Shown here piece after piece: positions 50,744 to 63,773 of a stretch of DNA of 64,000 nt (the first letter of the stretch is position 1; each line of letters begins with the position of its first letter). Below the pieces are notes generated by a model, which saw nothing but the letters and a program-made list of their open reading frames with translations, was not told the origin of the DNA and ran no database searches. The DNA is from Octopus bimaculoides. Its lineage: Eukaryota. The DNA is taken from the NCBI RefSeq assembly GCF_001194135.2, contig NC_068989.1:73320598-73384597 (forward strand). The letters are read 5' to 3'. The translations under genes were made by a program, and so were the position numbers.

Positions 50744-51580
50744 ATGACTTGTCCAGACTAATGCTACTCTCTCGTCTACACCAGATGTTCGTATCTTCCA
50801 TAGCTGTCTTCATATCTTCAACTTGGTATCCAGTGTCTTTCACAAGATGACTGATATATGCTCTTTTTGGTTTGCTAATACCAATCCCTGCCTATTTCTG
50901 TTGAAGTAAATTCTTCAGTTTATGAGTTAAATCTAGATTTAACAAAGAAGAAAACAACTGAAATGTTCAAATCCAGACTGGAAATCATACAAAGCAACTG
51001 AGGAATTCTACTTATTTGGAATTTCACGTGAGTTAGTTAAAGTTGAATTGTTGTAACAGGACTATACAACAGAGGTGTTTCTTTTTCCCTTGGGAGAATC
51101 GGGATTATTCAGATTAAAATAGTGACTAAGCATCAACATGAAACAAGCTGAGCCTAGGTTTCTGGATTTCATCCAAAAATATATATTCTTCCATTTAGGC
51201 AGCATATAAATTGTATTGCATTTTCCTTTCATCCGAGATGATTTAATGCTGGTTTATCAAAGAACATACAGTACAATTCACCGTGTCTGTCTGTCTATAT
51301 GTCTGTCTGTTTGTCCCTCTTTTCACCTGCTCATCTGTCAAGAACTGTTTAAAGCCTTCGTTGTTTTTCATTTACTTAACAGTAAGTTGAGATATCAGTC
51401 TGTGGACTTTGCATGTGGTTTTTTGTTCAATGCCAATGCTTGGTGCCTTAGGTAAGTGTCTTCTGTCATAGCATTTGTAGGTTGACCTACAAATGCTTTG
51501 TCAGTGAAGCCTAACCTGAAACTGGTTGTGTTTCTCTCTCTGTGTGTGTGTGCGTGTGTGTGTGAGTGTGTGCGTGTGTG

Positions 51581-51628
<48 letters not shown>

Positions 51629-52041
51629 AATCATCATCATCATCATCGTTTAACATCTGCTTTCCATGCTGGCATGGGTTGGACGGTTTTACAGGAGCTG
51701 ATCAGGCAGAAGACTTACACCAGACTTCTGTGTCTGTTTTGACACAGTTTTTATGGCTGGATGCCTTTCCTAACCAACCACCCAGCAGGAGAATCATTTT
51801 AACAATTTGTTTCCATGTAAGATAATATATAAATATGTATGTGTGTGGGTATCTTTCTCTGACATATATTGTCAAAAGATTGTCACACCAGCAAGAAAAC
51901 AAAGCAGTGTGCTGAGACAAAAATACCTAGTGGATTGTTTTTTTTCTCAAGTTGCAAACACACTGAACTCACCATATCCAATATATTTTCATGATATAGC
52001 TAACTCTTTTCCAATATTTAGATGGCCTCCAGTCCTCCATG

Positions 52042-52428
52042 TTACTCTTTTACTTGTTTCAGTCATTTGACTGTGGCCATGCTAGAGCACCGCATTTAGT
52101 TGAGCAAATCGACCCCAGGACTTATTCTTTGTAAGCCTAGTACTTATTCTATTGGTCTCTTTTGCTGAACTGCTAAGTTGCGGGGGTGTAAACACACCAG
52201 CATCGGTTGTCAAGCGATGTTGTGGGGACAAACACAGACACACAAACATATACACACACACACATATATATACATATATACGACGGGCTTCTTTCAGTTT
52301 CCGTCTACCAAATCCACTCACAAGGATTTGGTCGGTCCAAAGCTATAGTAGAAGACACTTGCCCAAGGTGCCATGCAATGGGATGAACCCGGAACCATGT
52401 GGTTCGTAAGCAAGCTGCTTACCACACA
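52042..52428 (-). mobile_element. SINE family D copy, full length
   Basis: Same module order as 50360-50743. Further partial D copies lie near 19435-19520, 19960-20075, 35345-35490, 35860-36020, 45670-45780, 51420-51520, 57130-57552, 59195-59350, 59680-59875 and 62030-62260. Confidence 0.9.
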
Positions 52429-53340
52429 ACCACCCCTACACGTATGCTAACTTTTCCTCAGTTATGACTAACATTTTTGCTTTCCAATGCTGTTGATTAT
52501 TCACCAGTACATGAAGCTGTTCCTGAAAAAAAAAGAAAGGAAGCATAAGAAAATATTAGAATTTATCCTGAACACCTCGTGTGTGTGTGTGTGTAAATTT
52601 TACCAGACAAAAATCATTCATTTTTTCTTAGATAAAGTGTCAGTTTCAAAATGTCTCAGACACCTCTTCTCCCATACCATAGGAAGCTATGAAGTTGTAA
52701 ACTTCCTTTTCTTCAGAATATATTATATGTAATATGTTATACAGCAATAAAATTACATAGTTAATGAAATAACGCAGGACACCTGCACAACGGACACCTG
52801 CAATTTACACACATGGATTTTGTAGGTGTGCATGTTCAAAGCAATGCTACTATTTATATAGTTCTTCACTTCAGATTGAATCAATAGATAGGTTAGGTTA
52901 TGCACAATCTCAGTAGGGAAAAGGTGTGAACTCTCTTGCTACGAAAAGGCCCTGAGATAATACTTAGGAAGTTCAAAAGATCACTGATTTATGAATCAAA
53001 CATAACAGAAAACACACACACATACACACACACAACATATGCATATAGGCAGAAAACACACACTAACACCTGTTTCTCTCTTCCCTCTCTCTCTTCCTTC
53101 TCCTCCTCTCTCCCATCTCTCTTGCTTTCTGACTTTTTCCAATTAACCTTCCTTGTAATAAATAGATAAAAAAAAAAACATTATTCTGATGAGTGTTAGT
53201 GATGAGGGCATTGGGTTGGGTATTCATTGGGGTTATGTTTTCCTTCGCAGAGCTAATGATCAAAGACATTCCAACCATGACCGTCCTGTCTGTCTGCATA
53301 TCAGCCCCCCCCCCCCGTCTTAAATAAAAGAATGTTTTAT

Positions 53341-53515
53341 GGTATTTATTCTGACATTACTTTCTAAGTTCAAATTCCACCAAGGTCAACTTTAGCTTTC
53401 ATTCTTTTAGGGTCAATAAAATAAGTACCAGTTGAGCACTGGGGTCAATGTGATTGATTTACTAACCCTCCCCCTCAAATTTCAAGCCCTTGTGCTTGCT
53501 TATAGCAGGAAGAAT
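53341..53515 (+). mobile_element. SINE family A copy, CpG-eroded
   Basis: AAGTTCAAATTCCACCAAGGTCAAC..GGGTCAATAAAATAAGTACCAGTTGAGCACTGGGGTCAATG. Confidence 0.85.
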
Positions 53516-53751
53516 CATTTAAGGCAGTTGGGTATGGTGATTTGAGGGGGATACAGGCTGTTATTTCTATCTTGCAGATTGGTTGATCATAAGGAGGTGG
53601 TTCATCGGCGTGTTTAGTAGGTCTTTGGTTGAGGAAGAAAATAGGGGAATCAGAAAGGGGTTATATGGGTCAATGATTTAGAAGGAAAATATTCTTTTAC
53701 TGTTGTTAAAAACTCATTCTAGTCATCCATATTTCATAGATGAGGAGTGGT

Positions 53752-53795
<44 letters not shown>

Positions 53796-54750
53796 NNNNN
53801 NNNNNNNNNNNNNNNNNNNNNNNNNNNNNNNNNNNNNNNNNNNNNNNNNNNNNNNNNNNNNNNNNNNNNNNNNNNNNNNNNNNNNNNNNNNNNNNNNNNN
53901 NNNNNNNNNNNNNNNNNNNNNNNNNNNNNNNNNNNNNNNNNNNNNNNNNNNNNNNNNNNNNNNNNNNNNNNNNNNNNNNNNNNNNNNNNNNNNNNNNNNN
54001 NNNNNNNNNNNNNNNNNNNNNNNNNNNNNNNNNNNNNNNNNNNNNNNNNNNNNNNNNNNNNNNNNNNNNNNNNNNNNNNNNNNNNNNNNNNNNNNNNNNN
54101 NNNNNNNNNNNNNNNNNNNNNNNNNNNNNNNNNNNNNNNNNNNNNNNNNNNNNNNNNNNNNNNNNNNNNNNNNNNNNNNNNNNNNNNNNNNNNNNNNNNN
54201 NNNNNNNNNNNNNNNNNNNNNNNNNNNNNNNNNNNNNNNNNNNNNNNNNNNNNNNNNNNNNNNNNNNNNNNNNNNNNNNNNNNNNNNNNNNCACCAGCAC
54301 CACTTCAGTTACTAAAACTATCATTATCAACACTACCACTACTACTACTACTACTTGCACCAGCATCACCACCACCAGCACCAATACCACCACCACCATT
54401 ATCTCTGCTCCTATTATCATCACTGCTGTCAATCTGTGTAAATAGGAATGAATGACATCACAAGCTTCTAACCTCCCTTGTTACTGCAGATCCTGCCCCC
54501 CCCACCATCCACCATGATCACCACCTTCATCATCACCAATACTACCATCACTATCATCATCACCTGCTTCATCACCATGTCTTGCTCTAGAGTGGCCATG
54601 ACCCTTTTATTTATCTGCATTCAACTCAGAAGGAATTTTTTTCATTTGCTGTCCTAGCTTTTTACCCTGATGGTCACTGTGGCTCAAAGTCAATCAACAC
54701 TTAACTTTCCAAACATTTGTACTTGTAACCCTCTGTATACTCTCAGTATT

Positions 54751-55147
54751 GTGGAGGCGCAATGGCCCAGTGGTTACGGCAGCGGACTCGCGGTCATAGG
54801 ATCGCGGTTTCGATTCCCAGACCGAGTGTTGTGAGTGTTTATTGAGCGAAAACACCTAAAGCTCCACGAGGCTCCGGCAGGGGATGGTGGCGAACCCTGC
54901 TGTACTCTTCCACCACAACTTTCTCTCACTCTTACTTCCTCTTTCTGTTGTGCCTGTATTTCAAAGGGGTCAGCCTTGTCCTACACTGTGTCACGCTGAA
55001 TATCCCCGAGAATTACGTTAAGGGTACACGTGTCTGTGGAGTGCTCAGCCACTTGCACGTTAATTTCACGAGCAGGCTGTTCCATTGATCGGATCAACTG
55101 GGACCCTCGACGTCGTAAGCGACGGAGTGCCAACAACAACAACAACA
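54751..55147 (+). mobile_element. SINE family B, full length and young, with (CAA)n tail and TSD
   Basis: GTGGAGGCGCAATGGCCCAGTGG..GACGGAGTGC(CAA)n. 12-bp TSD ACTCTCAGTATT / ACTTTCAGTATT. CpGs intact. Confidence 0.94.
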
Positions 55148-55480
55148 ACTTTCAGTATTAAGAAAGCTTATCAAGTCATACCAAAGCCATGAATAGTCAT
55201 AGTCACAACGACTGAAATCATCATCATTAACGTCTGTTTTTCCATGCCGGCATGGGTTGGATGGCTCGAAAGGAGCTGGCAAGCCAGAGAGGACTGCACC
55301 ACGCTCCACTGCATCTGTTTTTGCATTATTTTTATGGCTAGATTCCCGTTCTATAATGTCAGTTACTTACATGGCTGTATGGTTGGAAAGTATTGGGTTT
55401 GGTACCTTCAGCAAGCTGGATTGACCATAGACAGACTTGTGAGAGGCTTTGATTGGCAGATACTGAGAGAAGACCATCAC

Positions 55481-55528
<48 letters not shown>

Positions 55529-55759
55529 AGATTTGCAATTCTTTGTATGATCAAGTTAGCTTTTTCTGTCAACAAATCATCTGGTCACTGGTCACTGGTC
55601 ACTGGTCACTTTGTGCCAGTAAAGCCAAGTACAATTAGAGAACCCCCTCACCTGGAAAGCAAGTAAGGGTTAACATTAAGAAAGGTATAAGATAATATCT
55701 CAAGTAACATATTCATTCATTTAACCTGTGCAAGCTTGGAAAAGCAGAAGTAAAATAAA

Positions 55760-56050
55760 TGAATGGTAAACAGAGAGTGAGAGAGGGGGAGAGAAAAAAG
55801 AGAGAGAGGAGGAGAGAAAGGGGAGAGAGAGAGAATAGGAGAGGGAGGGAGAAACAGGGATGAAGAGAGAGGGGGAAAGAGAGAGGAGAGAGAGGGAGAA
55901 ACAGGGATGGAGAGAGAGGGGGAAAGAGAGAGAGGGAGAGAAAGGGAGAGGGGAGAGAGAAGGGGAGAGGGAGAGAGAGGAAGAAAGAGAGAGGGGAGAG
56001 AGAGGGAGAAAGGGAGAGAGAGAGAGAGAGGAAGAAAGAGAGAGGGGAGG
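55760..56050. repeat. GA-rich low-complexity tract
   Basis: Nearly pure G/A, with GAGAAACAGGGATG occurring twice. Confidence 0.9.
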
Positions 56051-57361
56051 ATATTAGACCTCTCTTCCATACTGAGAAAATCTAACCTTTCTTTATGCTT
56101 CAGCATACCCATATCCATGCAGTAGAAAGAATTCTCTACTGGAAACAATGGTTCCATCTCCATTTATGAAGCAATCATTTATGAAGCAATCATTTATGGT
56201 AAAGCTAACTTCAAAGCACTTCCAAATGTAAAAACTTAAATTCACATCATGAAAGTAGAATTCCTTTGTCGTCGATACGCAGGGAAGTTAATCATCGACC
56301 TCCTTTTATAAAGCAAAGCAGTTTATTTTACTAAAGTTTACTTTCTTTTATGAAAGCCAATAAATAAACAAATAATGACATGATTAATCTGCCGTATTTA
56401 ATGACATAAAAGATTCACACCCATATTAAATGCACTCCAGTTTCAACTGCTCATATTTGGAAAAAGTATCTCCTAGTGTATTAAAGCAATCTAGGCCCAA
56501 ATTTGCATATAAGACCCAAGGAGATTTTTTAAGACTTTCCTAGAAAAAAAATGTCATATGGCATCGAATATATGGTACTTTTCTATGTATTTGATGGTCT
56601 CTTTTCTATACTGTACTGTGTTCTATATAGAGAGTAGCAAACTGGTACTCTGTCTCTCTCTCTCTCTCTCTCTCTCTGTACACCTTCCACCCACACACAT
56701 ATGAACCCCTCTGTTGACCAAGTTTGTCCGCATATTTACACATGTTGCCCATGGCAGCATGCCTCTCCTCTCCATATTTATACCCCCAAAACAGGATGTT
56801 GGCCAAGGACAGTATGGCTTTGCACCACTGTCATTACAGATGTTGCTGTTAAGAATGAAAAGAGAACAGAGGCTATAAGGTCTCAACACAAACAGCTCTT
56901 CGAAATATATCAACCTTTTTTTTAATCTTTATTGATCTCAAATGAGCAGAAGGCAAATTTGACTTCAAGAGGATTTAAAATCAGGATCCAGAGTTGGATC
57001 AAATGCTATAATTGTCTAGAGTGCTAGACAGAATACTTAGCATATTTGTTGTGGCTCTTTGCACTGTAAATTCAAATCCAGCTGATATTGGCTTTGGTTT
57101 TTGGTCATTTGAGGTGATGGTGGATATAAACACACTGTTACGGGGATATAAACACACTGTTACGGGGATATAAACACACTGACATCAGGTGTCAAGCAAT
57201 GGTTGGGGGACAAACGCAGACACACAAATACATACATACATACATACATACATATATGAGAATTTAAAATCACTTCTTTAACTTTCTAAGACATCTCAAC
57301 GCCTCTAAAAGCAAACTTCGTTTGTTTGTTTACATTTGTCGTAATTTGAATTTATACATAT

Positions 57362-57406
<45 letters not shown>

Positions 57407-59101
57407 GGGCTTCTCTCAGTTTCCATCTACCAAATCCACTCACAAAGCTTTGGTCAGCCCGAGGCTATAATAGAAGACAATTGCCCAAGGTGCCACACAG
57501 TGGAACTGAACCCGTAACTATGTGATTGGGAAACAAGCTTCTTACCACACAGCTACTAAAAATGTATGTGTGTATATATGTATATACNNNNNNNNNNNNN
57601 NNNNNNNNNNNNNNNNNNNNNNNNNNNNNNNNNNNNNNNNNNNNNNNNNNNNNNNNNNNNNNNNNNNNNNNNNNNNNNNNNNNNNNNNNNNNNNNNNNNN
57701 NNNNNNNNNNNNNNNNNNNNNNNNNNNNNNNNNTTTTATATGGCGCTGGTTTTACAATCCTCTAAATAATAATAATGGTATTTTTATATAAGCTTAAAGC
57801 TTATGGCAATCACCGTGCAATGACTAAGGAAAATAGTCTAATAAAGGGGCATAAAAGCCCTTGACAGAAAAAAGGCTTTCCTATCTGCGAGAGAGAGAGA
57901 GAGGGAGAGAGAGAGGGAGAGAGAGAGAGATTATGAAGAATATAGAAATATGAAATATTAACATTTTTTGTTTCTTTAGAAAGTATCCAATTTGCTGAAT
58001 TCCCTATGGAAATCTGACATGTTCTTATTCTTCATTCTGGCAACTCCTGCAGCAGCATTGGTGCCTAGCTGTATTAATGCTTGCCTGTTGCAAAGAACAG
58101 TATTGTTGCCATGGAGAGAGGAGGCTTACATGCAAGGACAGCATTGATCTTCCATACAACCTTGCACTTTGGCCTGCTGTCTGGGTAGGCTATTTCAGAG
58201 TTCCCTCACCTTGATCTAACCAAAGAAGAACTGACTGAAGCAATATTTTCTAGGTGTAGTTCTATCATCTCATGAGACATGGAAATGCCATAGATTTTTA
58301 GCCAGGCTTATTTTGTGACCTTGTTTTATTTAATAATCAAAATTATTTTAAAATTACCAGAATATTTTAGTTCCCTTTAGTGTTATGAAAAATATTTAAT
58401 TTCATTTGATATTTGCTATAACTACGAGAGTAAGATGTAGAGGAGGGGGAAGAGTAGCAGTCAGAGGGATTATTGTGGCATCATTTTTGAAATATTTTGC
58501 AATTTCACTATGACTAGTATTCATTTCTTCAATATTTCATAATTGCACCATTTATATTTTGAGTCAAGCATTGCAGTCTATCTAAATGAACGTGTATGTT
58601 AGTGTTGTATGGAGTACCAAATATCTAACCAAAATTAAAAAGGTGTGGTGAAGAAAAAAATTTCTTATTACTTGTTAAGTTATATTATTTCAATAACTTT
58701 GATTAGATGCCAATCTCTCTGTCTGGAAGATGGAAGCCAGATTTACGATATATATGCATCCACTACTGGTTGCATACACTTGAGTTTTTGCACACTCCAT
58801 CTGCCAACAATGCAACTGTTATGTAATTCTGAGCCCCAAGAAACCTCTGTCAGACCTGAAATACCATGTCCTAGCTCATTAGTTTTCTGTATCTTTTGTA
58901 CTCCACATAAATTTGTTCTGTGATTGTATAAATATCTATATGCTTATACATGAATGTTCATCTTCTGAATATTTTCAGTTTTTATTTCACTCTCTCTGTC
59001 TTTCTCTCGATATATCCCTGTATATATTTACAAGTATATATGTATGTATACATAATAAATCAAGCCTAAGCATGTTTATTTGTTTACTTGCATCATTATC
59101 C

Positions 59102-59171
<70 letters not shown>

Positions 59172-60662
59172 ATACTCTCAAACACATACACACACAATAG
59201 GCTTTCATATACTTTCTCTCTACCAATTCTACTCACAAGGCATTGGGTGGTCTGAGATTATAGTAGAAGACACATACCAAAGGTGTTGTGCGGTGGGACT
59301 GAACCCAAAACTACATGGTTGTGAAACAAACTTCTTAACCACAAAGCCATGCCTGCACCCACATGTATATCTATGAACCTGTATGTGTGTGTATGTATAT
59401 GTGACAAGGTATAAATACTGTCCATTACATATTTTTCTTTATTAGAGTAAATTTAACCTACAGCTGTTTCCAGTAGTCATTGTAGGTAACTATGTGTATA
59501 GTAGGTGACTACTTGAATATGGGTTGGATGGTTTGACAAGAGCTGGCAAACCAAAGGGCTGTGCCAAGCTCTGTTGTCTGTTTTAGCATGGATTCTATGG
59601 CTTGATGCACTTCCTATCTCCAACCACTTTACAGAGTGTACTGGGTGCTTTTTTCATTTCACCAACACCAGCAGGGTTGTGTTTGTCCTCCTACCATCAC
59701 TTGACAACTGATGTTGGTGTGTTTACATCACTGTAACTTAGTGGTTTGGAAAAAGAGACTGATAGATTAAGTACCAGGCTTGCAAAGAATATTTCCTGCA
59801 CTCGATTTGTTTAACTAAAGGCAGTGCTCCAGCATGGCCACAGTCAAATGACAAACAAATAAAAGAATCAAAGAATATAGAATGGTCATTACTAGAATAC
59901 CTTACTTTTGATTGAAGGTTCTCCAAGTCCATGTTGAAATAAGGCCAAAATACTACAACAACAACAACAAAAGTTCACTGACTGACTGACTAACTACATG
60001 CCATAAGTCGGCTCAATCAGGACTGACCTGGGGCTAAACTATAAAAATAACAGCATTCCAAGTTGAAATAAATCCTGTTTTCTACCCCCACCACCTGTAT
60101 TTGTATAAGAGTTGGCAAGATTTAGCATGACAATGATGTGAAGCTAAACAAAAAACAACAACAACAACATCGACAACTGCAGCAAACCTGAGGAGAAGTT
60201 CAATATGGTCATTTGATTTGCCAGAAATGGCAGCTAAATCTCCAGTAAGTTGCATCTTACCACCTTTGAAAAAGGACTCTTTAAATAATTATGTAATGGT
60301 AAAATCCTTGATAAATAAGATAAGATTGTTACAACTAAGATTACCTTTGATCCCAGGTCTACTTGATCTGCTGATTTAGGGGCTAAACAACATTCAATAA
60401 TAACAACAACAACAACAGCTGCTACTGGTGTTGCTGCTTCTACCACCACCACTCAAGTTTCCTAGGGTTATGAGATCAGCAGCCAAGCTGTTAAGATTAC
60501 TATTCTCCTCTTTAGGCTTAATGTATGTGTTGGTGTTCATTCAGGTATTGAAGCAAAACTACCTTCACAACAGGTCAATGACTTTTCTTTTTTTCTTCTT
60601 TTTTTATCTGTGTTTTCTTTTACATATGTATATGTATGTGTATATATGTATATATATATATG

Positions 60663-60747
<85 letters not shown>

Positions 60748-60972
60748 NNNNNNNNNNNNNNNNNNNNNNNNNNNNNNNNNNNNNNNNNNNNNNNNNNNNN
60801 NNNNNNNNNNNNNNNNNNNNNNNNNNNNNNNNNNNNNNNNNNNNNNNNNNNNNNNNNNNNNNNNNNNNNNNNNNNNNNNNNNNNNNNNNNNNNNNNNNNN
60901 NNNNNNNNNCACTGGAAAATAATATTATTGTATTGTAATAATAATAATATATATATATTGTATTGTAATAAT

Positions 60973-61015
<43 letters not shown>

Positions 61016-61507
61016 ATAAAAGTGAAACATGGCTGCTTACATATTTTTTAATTTATTTTTAATTTTCTTTTAGATGGTTAGGTAATCTGAAGCAATCTGT
61101 GTCACATGCTTTATTCAGGTGTCCAATATATTGTGACTAATGTTAGCAACATGTCTACATACACTGAATAAATGTTATCTCAGATACTTTGTGTGTCTGG
61201 ATGCAAAAAAAAAAAACCAAAAAAAAAAAAAAAGAAAAAAAAACAATCAAACAACAACAACAACAAAACACTTGCCATATGACTATGGCTGGGAATGCGT
61301 GTTTGCTCATAAGTCTCCTCCAGCAGAACCCCAAAACAAACAACAACAGCAGCAGCAGCGGATATTCTTGACTGTCCTTCTTATCAACCTGAATTGCATA
61401 CTGATGTATCAGTATCTCTTAAGATGGTGTGTGCATGCATGCATGTCTGTGAGCATGTGTATGCATGTGAGCATGCATATGTGTATGTATAAGCATGTGT
61501 ACGCATA

Positions 61508-61724
61508 CAAGGGTGTGCTGAAAAGTTCCTGGTTTTGGGTAAAAGAAAATACAGGAGGATCAGTTAAATATGATTTTATTCACCATATTCCCTTCTCAGA
61601 TTCACACATTTATTGCAGTGGTCCTTCAGTTTTTCTAATCCCTATAAAAGAACTCAGAAGGTTAGGCCTCCAACCAGTCCTTTCATGATGCCCTTAGAGC
61701 CAGGAACTTTTCAGCACCCCATTG
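61508..61724. mobile_element. mariner-type MITE
   Basis: TA|CAAGGGTGTGCTGAAAAGTTCCTGG..CCAGGAACTTTTCAGCACCCCATTG|TA (25-bp TIR, 2 mismatches). Confidence 0.92.
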
Positions 61725-62279
61725 TATGTGTATTCATGTGTGTGAGTGTGTGTATGCATGTACGTGTTGGTATGCATGTATGCATGAGTCATGTGTGTTT
61801 GTTGGTGTATGTGTGTATGAGTTCTCAGAAGGAAGTGAGTAGCTCCTTAACCTGATGCTTGTACTGTGGTCCAAGCTGCTTCATTTCTGCCACTAAACTG
61901 CCTTTGAGAAAAGCATGGCTGAGTCTATATTTCATTGATGATGCTGTAATAAGACTGAAACATTTTCCCTGCTTGCCAAAATAATCAAAGTATTATTAAT
62001 CAATGACTTACCTTTTTGTCATTTACTTGTTTAAAGTCATTAGACTGCACCCATGCTGGGGCACTACCTTGAAAATTTTTTAGTCAAATGATGTACTTAT
62101 TAAAATGTTTTTATCTTAAGTATGGTACTTAATAAAGTAGTTATTTAAATTTTTTTGTCGGAGGTATGGTACTTATTCTATTGGTCTCTTGCTAAACTGC
62201 TAAGTTAGGGGATATAAACACAACAACACTAATTGTTAGACATTGGTGGAGGACATTTTTAGACACAAAGATGCGCGTG

Positions 62280-62317
<38 letters not shown>

Positions 62318-63773
62318 TAAACCAAATTAAGTAATTGACTAGCACTTTACTTCTATCAACCCTGGAAGAAACTCTGGAAAGATTTGAACTTAAAAGCATA
62401 TAAAGTGATGTACGTACTGTGTAATATCAATGCAGCCATTATACTGCCATGCTTCACTCTTTCAATGCTTTCAATAATAAACCAGTTTGAGGAATGACTT
62501 GAGTTCCTTCTCTACATAATACAAGGGTAAACTTTATTTTCATTGTTGTTATTATCCAGGGAATGTAGATTCATTCTTCCTTGGCAGTAATTCACAGTTG
62601 TTTTTGTTCTGATTTTATATCCTGTTTGTTTAAGCAACTATTCTCATTTCATACTCTCTCTCTCTCATTCTCACTCCTTCTCTCTCTCTCATTCTTACTC
62701 CTTCTCTCTCATATACAAAACTATGTATAAACATAGATAAAAATATACACATAAACACACTTTATTTTTCTTTGGGGGTGATGGAAAGAATTTGCTTTGA
62801 CCAGTTTCTTTAGATTTGCGTTTAATCAAATTGTCAATCATCAGAGAAGAACCCCCTTAACTACCCCCATTCACATTTATCTTGTTTCATGGAAAACAAA
62901 AACCTAAGACTGATTCCCCTCCTTGTTCTTAACACATTCTTTCGTCATAACTGTACAAGCTCTCCTCCTCCCCCAACCATCTCAAAAAACATAGCCCCTG
63001 CTGTGTTTTTATCTAATTAACAATATAGATGTATTTTTGTTGATTTTTCTCTTAGTAACCTTCATATCCTTGTGATGATCATAAAGAATTTAGGATGAAT
63101 GTTGGTGTGTGTGCAGGTGTGAATATGTATGAAGGTGTATACATATGTATGAATACATGTTGCTCTTTCTCTATTCTATATTATATAACAAATTTCAAAA
63201 TACTGTATGCAGTCAGCTGTACTCTGAACTTATTTGGGGGATTATTAGTACCCAAATTACTATATAATTACTTGAAATCACTGTATTTTGCATAGATTGC
63301 CATAAAAAGTTGCTGGTAGTTTACTCAGCATTGCTACATTTGAACACTGTGGGGGAGAATACAAGTTAAGCATCATAAATCATTAAAATGCAAATGATCA
63401 AATGAACAGACACAATCTGTAGAGAGGACTCCTTAGTCTTGCTGGAGACAGGGACAAGATGTCTGCTTCAGTGTTAGTGCTGTGATAAGATGCACGCAGT
63501 ACACTCTGTAAAGTGTTTGGTATTTGGAAATGCATTCAGCCATAGATGCCATGCAAAAAATGGGATGCATGTGTGAGATATGGTTTTTGACTTGTTCAGG
63601 AGAGCAGTAGCTTCAAATAAGAACTGAATTAGTTTATTACTACCTGGCAAACTTATGCCACTGAGGAAATTAAAATAAAGAACAAGAAAGTAATGCAATC
63701 ACTTTTATGAATTAAAAGAATAATTTTGAAATACACTTATAATATGGCCGATGCCATTGTCACATGTTGTGTG

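Larger units (their letters stand above)
6527..60909. other. Assembly gaps (collective entry)
   Basis: N-runs at 6527-7235, 18815-19263, 20630-21488, 29568-29667, 35197-35206, 42646-42855, 43503-43789, 53796-54291, 57588-57733 and 60748-60909, many flanked by microsatellites. Confidence 0.99.
15200..62320. repeat. Dense microsatellite and low-complexity landscape (collective entry)
   Basis: (TA)n near 16365, 18775, 20320-20629, 23635, 25625, 29050, 46780 and 60650. (CA/TG)n near 31435, 35585, 55485, 59105 and 62285. (TATC)n near 15205 and 18075. (CAT/GAT)n at 47950-48420. (CAC/CAT)n at 54292-54580. Confidence 0.95.

Noticed and set aside
55581-57180. Short tandem duplications: (CTGGTCA)x4 at 55581, a 15-mer at 56161, a 22-mer x2.6 at 57122
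   Set aside because: Ordinary slippage products. The 22-mer derives from a family D SINE segment.
18105-61062. Dozens of long ORFs rich in [20 protein letters not shown] or X
   Set aside because: They are translations of dinucleotide microsatellites, CT/GA tracts and N-gaps, with no protein-like content.
61074-61081. 8-nt microexon candidate TTTTCTTTTAG|ATGGTTAG|GTAATC
   Set aside because: It would shift the frame and does not match ACER3. Such motifs are common by chance in AT-rich introns.
62555-62600. CCAG|GGAATGTAGAT as a possible ACER3 exon 2 start (W-N)
   Set aside because: It continues VDSFFLGSN, which does not match NT(V/I)SN, and the pyrimidine tract is weak.
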